64,000 nt of DNA from an uncultured Actinomycetes bacterium (GCA_963745645.1 CAVUYD010000009.1:78774-142773); one strand, 5' to 3'. Counted from the stretch's first letter, positions 43,471 to 56,097 are shown. Numbers and translations are program-made. Notes: a model not told the origin generated them from the sequence alone.

Positions 43471-44448
43471 TTAGGTGTGCTCGTCGGGGAGGTTGTCCCC
43501 GAGGATGCTGGCGGGTGTTGCCCAGCCGAGCGCGCCGTGGGGTCGGTGGTGATTGTAGAAGTGGGTGAAGTGCTCGTAGGCGAGCGCGCGTTGGCGTTCT
43601 GAGGTCCAGGGCCGGATGTAGGCCCATTCCTCGAGCAGGATGCGGTGGTAGCGCTCGATTTTGCCGTTGGTTTGTGGCCGGCGCGGTCGCGTCTTCTTCA
43701 CAGTGGTGCCGGTGGACGCGCACGCGCGATGCCAGAGGCCGGACTTGTAGCACGCGCCGTTGTCGGTGAGGACGCGTTCGCAGGTGATGCCGCGGGCGGC
43801 GAACCATGCTGCGGCGCGACACCAGAACGCGGCGGCCGTGGCGGCTTGTTCGTCGTTGAGGATCTCGGAGTACACGAGCCGGCTGCGATCATCGAGCGCG
43901 CTGTGCAGATAGCGGTAGCCGTGGTGTTGCGCCCGGACGAAGTGGCCGTCGTAGCCGGCGCCGCGGACGCGCCAGCCGCCGCCATCGGGGATCGCGGCGA
44001 GCTTCTTCACATCGACATGGATGAGCTCGCCGGGCTGTTCACGCTGATAACGCCACACCGAATGATCGGTGGCACGGTCACCGCGATCGAGTCGGGCACA
44101 GCCCTCGTCCCGCAAGATGCGTTGCACCGTCGAGGACGCAATCCCGACCGCGAACGCGATCCGATCCGCGCCCCACCGACGCTTACGCCGTAAGCGCAAC
44201 ACCTGGCGGTGCACCGTGCGCCGCGTGCGATTCGGGGAACGATGCGGACGACTCGAACGATCGAACAAACCGGCGTCGCCTTCGCCAAGGAACCGATCTC
44301 GCCACTTCCGGACCGTCTTGGCATCGACCTGGAACCGCTCCGCGGCCTGCTCGATCGTCCATCCGTCGTCGAGGACGCACTTGACCATCCGACGTCGACC
44401 CTCAGGCGTGAGCGGCGCGTTGGGATGCTGGGTTCTAGCGTGGGACAC
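43471..44448 (-). CDS. IS481 family transposase
   Basis: HPNAPLTPEGR, DRSSRPH, PGELIHVDVKK, DDRSR, LTDNG, PQTNGKIER, YNHHRPH. Confidence 0.96.
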   Translation of the reverse strand: MSHARTQHPNAPLTPEGRRRMVKCVLDDGWTIEQAAERFQVDAKTVRKWRDRFLGEGDAGLFDRSSRPHRSPNRTRRTVHRQVLRLRRKRRWGADRIAFAVGIASSTVQRILRDEGCARLDRGDRATDHSVWRYQREQPGELIHVDVKKLAAIPDGGGWRVRGAGYDGHFVRAQHHGYRYLHSALDDRSRLVYSEILNDEQAATAAAFWCRAAAWFAARGITCERVLTDNGACYKSGLWHRACASTGTTVKKTRPRRPQTNGKIERYHRILLEEWAYIRPWTSERQRALAYEHFTHFYNHHRPHGALGWATPASILGDNLPDEHT

Positions 44449-44562
44449 GAGCCCTCCTGACAGCTGTGAGTTGTCGAAGACCCACAGCCTCGTCGGAGGG
44501 CTCAATTCATCCGCGGATCACCCAACACCATCCCGCCAGGGACAACCTCCCCGGTCGTCACA
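43476..44562 (-). mobile_element. IS481-family insertion sequence (1087 bp)
   Basis: Imperfect terminal IRs TGTG..CGGGGAGGTTGTCCC / GGGACAACCTCCCCG..CACA; flanking 6-bp duplication GTTAGG at 43470-43475 and 44563-44568. Confidence 0.92.
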
Positions 44563-44563
44563 G

Positions 44564-45726
44564 TTAGGCGATGGGGCTGAGCCCGAGTGCGACGCGCCCG
44601 GTGAACTGCGTCTGCTTGGCCCGCGGGAGCGGGTGGAACAGGCAGCCGTGGATGTCGCGGTAGAGGCGCTCGATGTCGGAGTTGCGCGTGTAACCGAACC
44701 CGCCGGTGACTTCGAGCGCGAGACGTACGGTCTCGATCAGGCGTCCGTCGCGACCGTCTTGCGGCTGAGCGTGCGGCTGGCGATGCTCGTCGGTGTTGTC
44801 GAAGTGCAGGTCGTCGGCGTCGACGAACATCGATGCTGATGACGTCGGCCGCGGTGGTGTGCGCGTTGAGCATCTCGCCCAGGAGCTGGAGCGACGTGCG
44901 GTTCGGTGCGGCCCGCGACTGCGGCGCGGGCGGCGTCGACCGCGGCGTCGGCGATGCCGAGGTAGGCGGCCATGATGAGCGGCAGGGCGGCGCCGATGAC
45001 GGTGTTCCACACCGGGTGCCATGCGTCGGCCGGCCGGGTGAGCGACGATCGCGGCGTCGGGCACGAAGACGTCGTCGAGCACGACGGTGTGCGAGCCGGT
45101 GGCGCGCATACCGAGCGTGTCCCACGTCTGTTCGATGGTGACGCCGTCGGCGTGCATCGGGATCGAGCAGTGGATCACCTGCGGGCCGTCCGGCGCGTCG
45201 TCCAGCGGATGCTGGTGACGAGCACGTCGCCGACCTCGCAGCCGCTGGCCGGACCCTTGCGCGCGCTGACGCGGAACCCGCCGTCGACCCGCCGTGCGGT
45301 GCCGTCGGCGCCGACCCAATCAGAAGCGCCGGTGCTGACGAGCACGGCGTGGTCGTCGACCACCTTGCGGAAGACGGCCGTGGCATCGATGCCGTGGCGG
45401 TGGCGCCACACCTGCGCGGCGAGCAGGTGCGAGTGCATCGACAGCGTGACCGCGGTCGCCGGGTCGTCGCGGCCCAGCTCGCGCAGGACGTGCCCCATCT
45501 CGGCGTGGGTGGCGCCGCCGCCCCCGAACTCGCGCGGCACGAGAGCGCTCGTGATGCCGCTGGCCCGCAGGGTCTCGAACGCATCGACGGAGATCTCTCC
45601 GCTGCGGTCGCGGGCGGCCGCCTCGGCGTGCAGTTCAATGCCGATGTCGCGTGCGACCTCGGCCCAGGCGATGACGATGTCGGTTGCGGTGGTGATTCGG
45701 GCGGGGTGAATGGCTGTCCGTGTCAT
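44564..45726 (-). CDS. Acyl-CoA dehydrogenase family flavoprotein (multiple frameshifts)
   Basis: [44 protein letters not shown]. Confidence 0.9.
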
Positions 45727-45761
45727 GGGATCGACGGTACGGACGCGCGTGCGGGTCCAAT

Positions 45762-45800
45762 AGTCCAAGAAATGGACTTCCCCGGTGCAGAAAATGGACC
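45762..45800. promoter_or_regulatory. Paired inverted-repeat operators, probably for the HxlR-family regulator
   Basis: AGTCCA-AGAAA-TGGACT (45762-45778) and GGTGCA-GAAAA-TGGACC (45784-45800). Confidence 0.6.
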
Positions 45801-45815
45801 TGCATAATCCAGGGC

Positions 45816-46507
45816 ATGAGCGACGCGAATGCGATCGGGCGGGAGAGCGGCTACGGGCAGTACTGCCCGATCGCGCGGGCGCTCGACGTGCTCGGAGAAC
45901 GATGGTCGCTGTTGATCCTGCGCGACATGCTCGTCGGCACGACGCGGTTCAACGACCTGTGCCGCGGGCTGCCCGGACTCTCTCGGAGTCTGCTGACGAA
46001 GCGCCTACGGCAGTTCGAGCGCGCCGGGCTCGTCGAACGGCTGGGCAATGAGTACCTGCTCACGGACGCCGGGCGTCAGCTCGAGCCGATCGTTTTCGGT
46101 ATCGGCGAGTGGGGCGCGCAGTGGACGTTCGGCGATCCCGACCCTGAGGAACTGGACCCGGACGTTCTCGTCTGGTGGATGCACAAACGCCTCGACACGT
46201 CCCTGTTTGCCGGTCGGCGCCACGTGCTGCACATCCGCTTCACCGACGATCCGAGGTTGTACTGGATCGTGATCGAACAGGGCGTGCCGTCTGTGTGCTT
46301 GACCGAACCCGGCTTCGAAGTCGATGTGACCATCACATCGGATCTCGCCACCCTGCATCAGGTATGGCTCGGGCGATTGCCCGTGAAGGACGCGCTGAAG
46401 ACAGATCGACTGGAGTTCGAAGGAGCGACCTCGCTCACGCGCCGCATGCCCAGCGCGTTGCGTCTGAGTCCGGTTGCCGAGCTTCGTACGTGCGGCGACG
46501 GGCTGAC
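45816..46507 (+). CDS. HxlR-family winged-HTH regulator with C-terminal SCP2-like domain
   Basis: YGQYCPIARALDVLGERWSLLILR, EYLLTDAG, VCLTEPGFEVD; true end estimated (the ORF runs on to 46628). Confidence 0.9.
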
Positions 46508-46569
46508 AACAGCGCTCGCGCATTGTCGATGCCGCCGACCACGTCGCGGTTGGAGCGATGTTGCCGCGT

Positions 46570-46823
46570 CCTCCGCCCGGTCGCTGCTCGGCACCCCCGC
46601 CCCCTCGCCGGTCTCGCCGCGCGATTGACGGACCCAATCGCGTACCGACTCCACATGCACGCCGAGTTGCTGCACAACTTCCCGGATCGCAGCGTCGCGT
46701 CGATTGAAGCGCCCCGGGTTTAGTAGAGGCTGGGTTCTCCCGGGAGTCGTTGCTGCTGGGTATTCATTGTCCGGTAATGGTCAGTTTCGAACTCGATCGG
46801 TGTGACGTGTCCGAGTTCGCCAT
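46570..46823 (-). mobile_element. IS3-family remnants (orfA fragment, orfB C-terminus and terminal IR)
   Basis: QQLGVHVESVRDWVRQ..GEGAGV orfA-like; GELGHVTPIEFETDHY..LPGEPSLY-stop followed by the end sequence AAACCCGGGGCGCTTCA (ending at 46705). Confidence 0.7.
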
Positions 46824-46835
46824 CGCCGCTCGTGG

Positions 46836-47222
46836 TCACGCAGGAGAAGGTGTCTGTTGGTGGTAGATGAGTTGCCATCTGTCGCTCCGCTTGGCATACA
46901 CACTGGTGACGAGCGCGATGTACTCCGGTTCGCTTTCACGATGGGCCGTCACCTTGTACAAGACCGCCGCGCACTCGGATGCGAAAGACACCACTCGTGC
47001 ATCGTCGATGCGGTGACTTGCCCACGGACGCTCCTGCGGGACCGCAGCCAAGAACGTTGCGCGGTCGATCACCATGCCCGGCACGACGAGCAAGGCACCG
47101 TCGTCGAGCCACTGCTCACAAAAGCCCACGTCGCGGGACGAGAGGGCTTGCCAACCCCGTTCTTCGAGCTCGATCAACGCGTCAGACACGAGCACCTTCC
47201 TCTCTCGGGCGCCGACTGTCAC
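46836..47222 (-). CDS. DUF4440 / NTF2-like protein
   Basis: LEERGWQAL, LVTSVY...WQLIYHQQTP. Confidence 0.85.
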   Translation of the reverse strand: MTVGARERKVLVSDALIELEERGWQALSSRDVGFCEQWLDDGALLVVPGMVIDRATFLAAVPQERPWASHRIDDARVVSFASECAAVLYKVTAHRESEPEYIALVTSVYAKRSDRWQLIYHQQTPSPA

Positions 47223-47352
47223 TGCTGTCTCGGAGGATTGCTACCAACGAAACCGCCAGAGCTCTTCCTTTGACCCGGAGTCCGCTGCCTCGAACGGGTT
47301 GTTCGGGGACATCGCGCGTTCTGGAGCACCTCTGTTCATAGTCGTGGCGTGC

Positions 47353-48150
47353 TCAATACACATCCGGGACGAAAGTTTGGTTCTCGAGAGGTGGGCGTAC
47401 GTAGTCGTCGGGCTGGCGTCGTGGGAGTTTCAACGGTTTCGAGGTGACGTCCTGATAGGGCACCACGCTCAGGAGGTGACGGATGCAGTTCAACCGGGCG
47501 CGTCGCTTGTCGTTCGCGTCGACGACCAGCCAAGGCGCCCACTTCGTGTCCGTGTACTGGAACATGGTGTCTTTGGCCCGCGAGTAGTCAGCCCACCGGG
47601 CGCGGGACTCGAGATCCATCGCGCTCAGTTTCCAACGCTTCTCGGGATCCTTGATCCGCGCCTGGAACCGTCGCTCTTGTTCGGCGTCACTCACCGAGAA
47701 CCAGTACTTCACCAACACGAGATCCGAACGGATCAACATGCGCTCGAACTCCGGGCACGAACGCAAGAACTCCTCGTACTCGTCTTGGGTGCAGAACCCC
47801 ATGACGTGCTCCACCCCGGCCCGGTTGTACCAACTCCGATCGAACAACACGATCTCTCCACCGGTGGGAAGGTGCTCGACGTAACGCTGGAAATACCACT
47901 GCTTGCGTTCCCGCTCGGTTGGCTTGTCGAGCGCAGCCACGCGCACCACCCGCGGGTTTGTTCGTTCGACGATCCGCTTGATCGTGCCGCCTTTGCCGGC
48001 GGCGTCGCGGCCCTCGAACAGCACGCACAACTTGATGCCCTCGTGGCGCACCCATTCCTGCAGCTTCACGAGCTCACGCTGCAGCGAAACCAGCTCCCGC
48101 CGATACACCCCCGCCGGCAGGACCGGAGACTCGGCATCCGATGTCGTCAT
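47353..48150 (-). CDS. ppk2: Polyphosphate kinase 2
   Basis: FEGRDAAGKGG, WYFQRY, LFDRSWYNRAGVE, WKLSAMD, DKRRARLN. Confidence 0.97.
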   Translation of the reverse strand: MTTSDAESPVLPAGVYRRELVSLQRELVKLQEWVRHEGIKLCVLFEGRDAAGKGGTIKRIVERTNPRVVRVAALDKPTERERKQWYFQRYVEHLPTGGEIVLFDRSWYNRAGVEHVMGFCTQDEYEEFLRSCPEFERMLIRSDLVLVKYWFSVSDAEQERRFQARIKDPEKRWKLSAMDLESRARWADYSRAKDTMFQYTDTKWAPWLVVDANDKRRARLNCIRHLLSVVPYQDVTSKPLKLPRRQPDDYVRPPLENQTFVPDVY

Positions 48151-48775
48151 TCAGCGAACCTTCCCGCCGCGACAACTGCTCCGCCTCAACCAGCGCACAC
48201 GCACTCCCGAGCCCAACAACGACCGTCGCGCCTGGGCCGGACCGGCACGCTCGCCAATACACGAACCCTCACTAAGTCTGCCCCAGGTACGACCGGACAA
48301 CTCCCGACCCGGTGACCAGGAAGCGCCCATCGGCCACGATCCCCGCCGAGGCAGCGTCTCGGCGTCGCTTCGGGATGGCTGCTCGCTTGGTCGGTTCGGC
48401 CTACTCCCTTCGGTCAGATGATGGAAGGGCCAGACCGACAGCGGGCGCATTCGGCGGTCTCACGTTCGGCCGAGCGGAGCACCCGCGTGATGCAGACTCC
48501 GCGGAGCATCTCGGATTCGCCCCATGAGACGCAGGTTGGGGGGAAGCCGGAGAGGCGTCGGCGAAGGACGAGCTGCGCGGTCCTGAGGCCCTTGGCCTCT
48601 ATCGAGCCTGGGTCGGGTCGGATGGACTGTGGGAGACGCGAGCGCCTCGCGTCGATCCGCTCGCAGAGGGAGGTTCCGTGCGCACGTTGGCTTACCTGCG
48701 TCGAGGCGCTGCGCGCGGCCTCGGCCGCAACCGCCGCGCCGCGGCCATCGTGCGGGAGCGTTCGCTGTGAGCTCG

Positions 48776-51096
<2,321 letters not shown>

Positions 51097-51261
51097 CCCA
51101 AGGGTCCGAGTGCCGGGAACGGGACGGAGTTGTCGCGACGGGGACATCGACTTACGACAACTACACGGACGTGATCAGTGGACAATCGCGACGGCAGTTG
51201 TGATGCTGCTCCCTTCCTTCCCCGCTCAGACGACAGGAGCCGTCGCCCGAGGAGGCCGGCC

Positions 51262-51825
51262 ATGATGTACGCGCACGTGCGCAGCCTCACGATCGCGCTC
51301 GCCGTGTGTGTTTTCGCCGCCTGCTCCGCAGATGACGGCAACAGCGCGCCGTCTTCGACGACGGCGTCGTCGTCTTCATCGGCTTCGTCGGCGGTCGTGA
51401 CGGACACGACCGGCGCCGGCCAGATCACGGTGCAGGTCTTCTTCGTCGACCAGGATGCGTTCAACCAAGCGCGACCGCCGTACGCCACGCCGGTGGAGCG
51501 TGTCGTCAGCGCGCAAGACTCGCCCCGTGCCGCCCTGGACGCCATCTTCGCCGGACCGACCAAGAAGGAACGAGCGGACGGACTTCGGCTCGTCGCCTCC
51601 GGCGCTTCGGGCGTCGGGGACCTCCGCATCGAGAACGGGACGGCGCACGTCGCGCTCGCCGGAGGATGTTCGAGCGGCGGATCCACGCTCACGATCGCCG
51701 AGCAGATCTTCCCCACGCTTCTCCAATTCGAAGGCGTGCAGTCGGTCAAGATCTACGACCCGGAAGGTCGAACCGAATCGCCGAGCGAGCCCGGCGACTC
51801 GATTCCCGAGTGCCTCGAACCGTGA
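51262..51825 (+). CDS. GerMN-domain lipoprotein
   Basis: Lipobox FAAC, Ser/Thr linker, ALDAIFAGPT..E, TLLQFEGVQSV; GGAGG RBS. Confidence 0.8.
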   Translation: MMYAHVRSLTIALAVCVFAACSADDGNSAPSSTTASSSSSASSAVVTDTTGAGQITVQVFFVDQDAFNQARPPYATPVERVVSAQDSPRAALDAIFAGPTKKERADGLRLVASGASGVGDLRIENGTAHVALAGGCSSGGSTLTIAEQIFPTLLQFEGVQSVKIYDPEGRTESPSEPGDSIPECLEP

Positions 51826-52904
51826 CGAGGCGGGCGCGAAGCCGCGCCGTGCTCTTGGCCTGCATCGTCCTGACCGGCGCGTGCCACGGAGGTGACGATC
51901 ACGAATCACGGGAGACCTCGGCGTCCACCGACCGCGCGACGACAAGCACGACGTCGGCCTCGGGACCTTCGACGTCGGCGGCACCCCTCCCCCCGCGCCG
52001 CGAGCCGGCGTGGCGGGGTGACTTCCCTGATCCCTTCGTCCTCGTCGACGGTGACCGCTACTACGCGTACGCGACGGAAAGCGGCCTCATCCGTATCCAG
52101 CACCTCGCCGGCGATGCCTCGGGGCACTGGACCGATCTCGGCGACGCGCTGCAGGCAACTCCCCCGTGGGCCACGCCGTACTCGACGTGGGCACCCGCCG
52201 TACTGCGGCGAGGAAACCGATATGTCCTCTTCTACAGCGCGCTCGTGGCCGGCACCGGTCGCCACTGCATCGGGCGGGCGATCGCGTCGGACCCGGTCGG
52301 ACCCTTCGTGGACGAGACATCCGAACCGTTCCTCTGCCCGATGGATCTCGGTGGCGCGATCGACCCCAGCCCGTTCGTCGACGAGGACGGTTCTGTCTAC
52401 CTGCTCTGGAAGAACGACGGCATCACGCTGCGGCGCGACGCGGCGCTGTGGGCGCTGCCGCTGCGCGACGACGCCGGGGCCGCGGCCGGCGCAAGTGTTC
52501 GCCTCGTCGGGACGGACCAACGTTGGGAATACCCGCACGTGGAGGGCCCGAGCATGGTGCATGTCGGCTCCGACTACTGGCTCGCATACTCGGGCAACTG
52601 GTGGAACCAGGCCGCCTACGGGATTGGGCTCGCCCGATGCAAGAGCCCGGTCGGGCCGTGCACCAAGCCCTTCGACGCGCCGGTGCTCAGCTCGCGTCCG
52701 GGCGCCTACGGTCCGGGCGGACTCGAGTTCTTCCGCGGGCCGAAGGGACAGTTGCTGGCGGCCTGGCATGCCTGGCTCGACAAACCCGGATATCCCGGCC
52801 AGCGCGGCGATGTGGATCTCTGCGGTCGACACCTCCGGTCCGGCGCCGGTGATCTCCTACGGGCGCTGACCGCCCAGACCGAGGCGCCGGCATCCGTGAA
52901 GTGA
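51822..52904 (+). CDS. Glycoside hydrolase family 43 lipoprotein
   Basis: Lipobox TGAC, FPDPF, WAP, AIDPSPFVDEDG, VEGP; GTGA overlap with the upstream gene. Confidence 0.9.
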   Translation: MTRRARSRAVLLACIVLTGACHGGDDHESRETSASTDRATTSTTSASGPSTSAAPLPPRREPAWRGDFPDPFVLVDGDRYYAYATESGLIRIQHLAGDASGHWTDLGDALQATPPWATPYSTWAPAVLRRGNRYVLFYSALVAGTGRHCIGRAIASDPVGPFVDETSEPFLCPMDLGGAIDPSPFVDEDGSVYLLWKNDGITLRRDAALWALPLRDDAGAAAGASVRLVGTDQRWEYPHVEGPSMVHVGSDYWLAYSGNWWNQAAYGIGLARCKSPVGPCTKPFDAPVLSSRPGAYGPGGLEFFRGPKGQLLAAWHAWLDKPGYPGQRGDVDLCGRHLRSGAGDLLRALTAQTEAPASVK

Positions 52905-53046
52905 GTTCGGAGCGCGAGCCACACCCGGAGCACGAGACCGACGCGGGTCGAGCGTCAGGACGGAAACCGGGGGAGCATCAGTCGTCGGGCTCGATGTCGA
53001 CCAGGCGCATACCGTGCATTCTCCCGCGCCGCGCGACCTGATCCGC

Positions 53047-54213
53047 TCACGTCGGGAGGGGTGCTTCGAGGTCGACGACGATCCGGTCTACTTGCACCAA
53101 CAACGCGGCGTATCCGAGCCACTCGCCTTCGTGCTGGTCGTTGACCGGTGCCTCGTCGTGCTCGAGCGCCAACTGGGCGCGGCGGTACGCGCCCTGCGTG
53201 CAGCGCTCCCGCCTCACCCGGACCTCGTCGAGCGCGCGCGACAAGTCAGTGTCGCCGGGCTCGCCGAGCACGTCTCGCATCAACGTGCGAACGGCCTCCG
53301 CCAAGGCGACGAGGAGTGCACCCATCTCGGGCATGGCCGGGTGCGTCGTGCCGGAGAGGTGTGCGTGATCATCGAGCCCTCGCGAGAGGACCGAGACGCC
53401 GATGGCAGTCCGCTCGAGGCGCGGGAGCACGTCCTCATAGCGACCGAGCGTTGCGATGTGACGCCGATCGCGTACGTTCCAGCGTGCCGCCTCCCGGCCG
53501 TTTCCGACCGACTCGGCGGCCTGCCGGTACAGGCGATCACGCGCCGTGCGCGCGCGCCGGCGCCATTCCGCCGTCTGGTCGATCGACCATGGCTCATCCA
53601 GACCCGCGCCCATCGCGTCGAGCACGTCGCCGAGGCTCGCCGCCAACCGGTCGAGCGTCTGCCGGGCATCGACAAGCCGCGAAGCCGGCAGGACCAGTGA
53701 AACAACGACGCCGACTGCGGCACCGATGAGGGTGTCGAAGGCTCGGTTCCATCCCTCCTTGACGGGATTCGAGGCCACGGCCGTGAGGACGACGAGGACG
53801 CTGATGGGAATCTGCCTCGCCGCGGCGGCAGGGAGCCTCAGCACCAACTCCGCGACGCCGAGCGAGAGCGCGACGAGCACGCCCACCGTGAGGCCGTTCA
53901 ACCCGAGCACGTCGCCGAGCGCGAGCGCGAGCAGCACCCCGAGCACCACCGCGGCGCTGCGCTGCAGCGCAGTGCGGACCGACGCTCGCACCGACACCTG
54001 CACCACGACGAGCGCGGTGAGCGGAGCGAGCACCGGGTCCGACACACCCGTCACGGCCCGCGCGACGGACCACGAGAGTCCGGCCGCCAACCCCGACTTC
54101 GCCACCGTGCCGATCTCGGTCGACGTCGGTCGTGTCCAGGAAACGGCGTCGGCCACGCGATGCCATGGCCGCCGGAGGCGAGTGCCCACGCGCCAGTCGG
54201 GTCGCTTCGCCAC
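53047..54213 (-). CDS. FUSC / aromatic acid exporter family membrane protein
   Basis: AKSGLAAGLSW, LAPLTALVVVQ, RAFDTLIGAAVG, helical C-terminal domain. Confidence 0.85.
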   Translation of the reverse strand: MAKRPDWRVGTRLRRPWHRVADAVSWTRPTSTEIGTVAKSGLAAGLSWSVARAVTGVSDPVLAPLTALVVVQVSVRASVRTALQRSAAVVLGVLLALALGDVLGLNGLTVGVLVALSLGVAELVLRLPAAAARQIPISVLVVLTAVASNPVKEGWNRAFDTLIGAAVGVVVSLVLPASRLVDARQTLDRLAASLGDVLDAMGAGLDEPWSIDQTAEWRRRARTARDRLYRQAAESVGNGREAARWNVRDRRHIATLGRYEDVLPRLERTAIGVSVLSRGLDDHAHLSGTTHPAMPEMGALLVALAEAVRTLMRDVLGEPGDTDLSRALDEVRVRRERCTQGAYRRAQLALEHDEAPVNDQHEGEWLGYAALLVQVDRIVVDLEAPLPT

Positions 54214-54238
54214 GATCAGCGCGAGTGCCGGCGTCGGC

Positions 54239-54445
54239 TCAGTTGTCTTCGTACTTGAAGGACACCGACAACTTCGTCCGGTACGTCAACGACCCGTCAT
54301 CGCCGACGTCGAGGTCCTGCTTCACGACCTCGGCGACCCGCAGGTCGCGCAGGCTCCCGCGAGCCGTGGTCACCGCGGAGCGGGCCGCCTCTTCCCAAGA
54401 CTCAGTGCTCGTACCGATAACCTCGATGACCTTGTAGACGCTCAT
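54239..54445 (-). CDS. Dodecin family protein
   Basis: MSVYKVIEVIGTSTESWEEAA..LRVAEV..YRTKLSVSFKY; AGGAGG RBS. Confidence 0.93.
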   Translation of the reverse strand: MSVYKVIEVIGTSTESWEEAARSAVTTARGSLRDLRVAEVVKQDLDVGDDGSLTYRTKLSVSFKYEDN

Positions 54446-54571
54446 CGCTGCCGACCTCCTGAGCAGAGAACTCTGCCTCGCGGCGACCCTACGCCGTCGA
54501 CGGAACTCGGTCACCCGCGAACTGATCACGCGAACGGACGTGCGCGCGCTCCGAACGACGCGCGAGATCTC

Positions 54572-55972
54572 CTACGGCAGCCCGAACGCGTACAGCCCGT
54601 TCTGGCTGCCGATGTAGAGCATTCCGTTGGCGACCGCCGGGGACGCCGTGATGGCGCCGAGCGTCGTCGCACTCCAGAGCGGCGCGCACCGCTTGGGGGT
54701 ACCCGAGCACCCGCTCGTCCCGGACGCGTCGAACGCATAGACGAAGCCGTGTTGGAAGACGTCGCCAGTGGACGGATCGGTGACGTCGACGTAGACGACG
54801 CCGTTCGCCACCGATGGCGACGTCCGCACCGCCCCGCCGGTGATCGCGGTCCAGAGTGGTGCACACGTCTTGGGGATGCCAGTACATCCGGTCTGTCCAA
54901 GTGCATCGAAGGCACGGAGCTCATTGGTAGGTCCGCCGCCGATGAACAGTACGCCGTTCGCCACCGCGGGCGAGGAGCCGTAGCCGGCACTGCCGTTACC
55001 GAACCACCAGAGCGGTGCACAAGTCTTCGGCGTTCCCGAACAGCCCGTCATGCCCTTTGCGTCGAAGGCCGCCCCGTCGTAATAGACGAACCCATTCGCG
55101 ACCGTGGGCGAACCCTGCCCGAAATCGCCCCCGGTTGCATGCCCGCTCCACAGCGGGTTGCACGTCTTGGGCGTTCCCGAGCAGCCGGTCACACCGTTCG
55201 CGTCGTAGGCAGAAAGCCTGCCGTCTTTGCCGCCGACGTAGACAATGCCGTTCGCGACCGTGGGCGACCCGTTCCAGGTGCCCCCGTCGACACCGATCCA
55301 CAGCGGATTGCAGACCTTCGGCGTTCCCGAACATCCCGTCACCCCGTTCGCATCGAACGCGAACAGGTCACCAAATCCGTTCCCGAAGTCGGAGATGTAG
55401 ACGATGCCGTTGGCGACGGTCGGCGCCATGACCCCCGTCATCGAGAACAGGCCGCGGTACGACCACAGCGGGCTACAGACCTTCGGCGTTCCCGAACAGC
55501 CCGTCACGCCGTTCGCGTCGTATGCGAACAGGCCCCAGGCGTACTTGCCCGAGACGCTGAAATAGACGACGCCGTTCGCGACCGCCGGCGTCGCGTTGTT
55601 GAGGAAGGGTTCGTCCGGATACGCGCTCCAGAGCGGGGCACACGTCTTCGGCGTTCCCGAACATCCCGCGGTCCCGTTCGCCGAGAACGCGGACAAGCCG
55701 TTGGTACCGAACGGGCTTCCGATGGCGCCGACATATGCCATGCCGTTCGCGACTGTCGCCGAGCCGTCCGCTTCCATGCCGCCGGCTGGAGCGACGAAAC
55801 GGGTCCGCAGGTTGGCGACGTTCCCGACGCCGATCGTCGTCTCGGTGCTGTTGTCACCCGTGTGTGCGGGTCCGTACCGGAACATCGACCAGTCACACCC
55901 CGCCAGCAGCACCGCCGACACGATCACCAGCGCCGGCCAACACCTGAACCTGCAACGGTGCCTCGTCATCAT
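54572..55972 (-). CDS. PQQ-like beta-propeller lipoprotein with seven Cys-loop repeats
   Basis: Lipobox LAGC-DW, WSMFRYGPAHTG, SPxVANGxVY blades, 7 copies of GCSGTPKxCxPLW. Confidence 0.88.
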   Translation of the reverse strand: MMTRHRCRFRCWPALVIVSAVLLAGCDWSMFRYGPAHTGDNSTETTIGVGNVANLRTRFVAPAGGMEADGSATVANGMAYVGAIGSPFGTNGLSAFSANGTAGCSGTPKTCAPLWSAYPDEPFLNNATPAVANGVVYFSVSGKYAWGLFAYDANGVTGCSGTPKVCSPLWSYRGLFSMTGVMAPTVANGIVYISDFGNGFGDLFAFDANGVTGCSGTPKVCNPLWIGVDGGTWNGSPTVANGIVYVGGKDGRLSAYDANGVTGCSGTPKTCNPLWSGHATGGDFGQGSPTVANGFVYYDGAAFDAKGMTGCSGTPKTCAPLWWFGNGSAGYGSSPAVANGVLFIGGGPTNELRAFDALGQTGCTGIPKTCAPLWTAITGGAVRTSPSVANGVVYVDVTDPSTGDVFQHGFVYAFDASGTSGCSGTPKRCAPLWSATTLGAITASPAVANGMLYIGSQNGLYAFGLP

Positions 55973-56097
55973 GGCGCCTCCCCGCGACGCACACTGCACA
56001 CTCCACCGGTGACGCGACTCCGTCAACGGAGAAATACCCAGCGCTCGACGCTCCCGACTGTTCGCGCGCGCGATGCCCCTGTGGGGCACGCTGCGGT

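Noticed and set aside
52955-53000. c-di-AMP (ydaO) riboswitch-like GGAAACCGGGGGA
   Set aside because: Other conserved elements are missing and it lies between convergent genes
54600-55700. CRISPR-like regularly spaced DNA repeats
   Set aside because: The repeats are in-frame protein repeats with synonymous variation, and there are no cas genes
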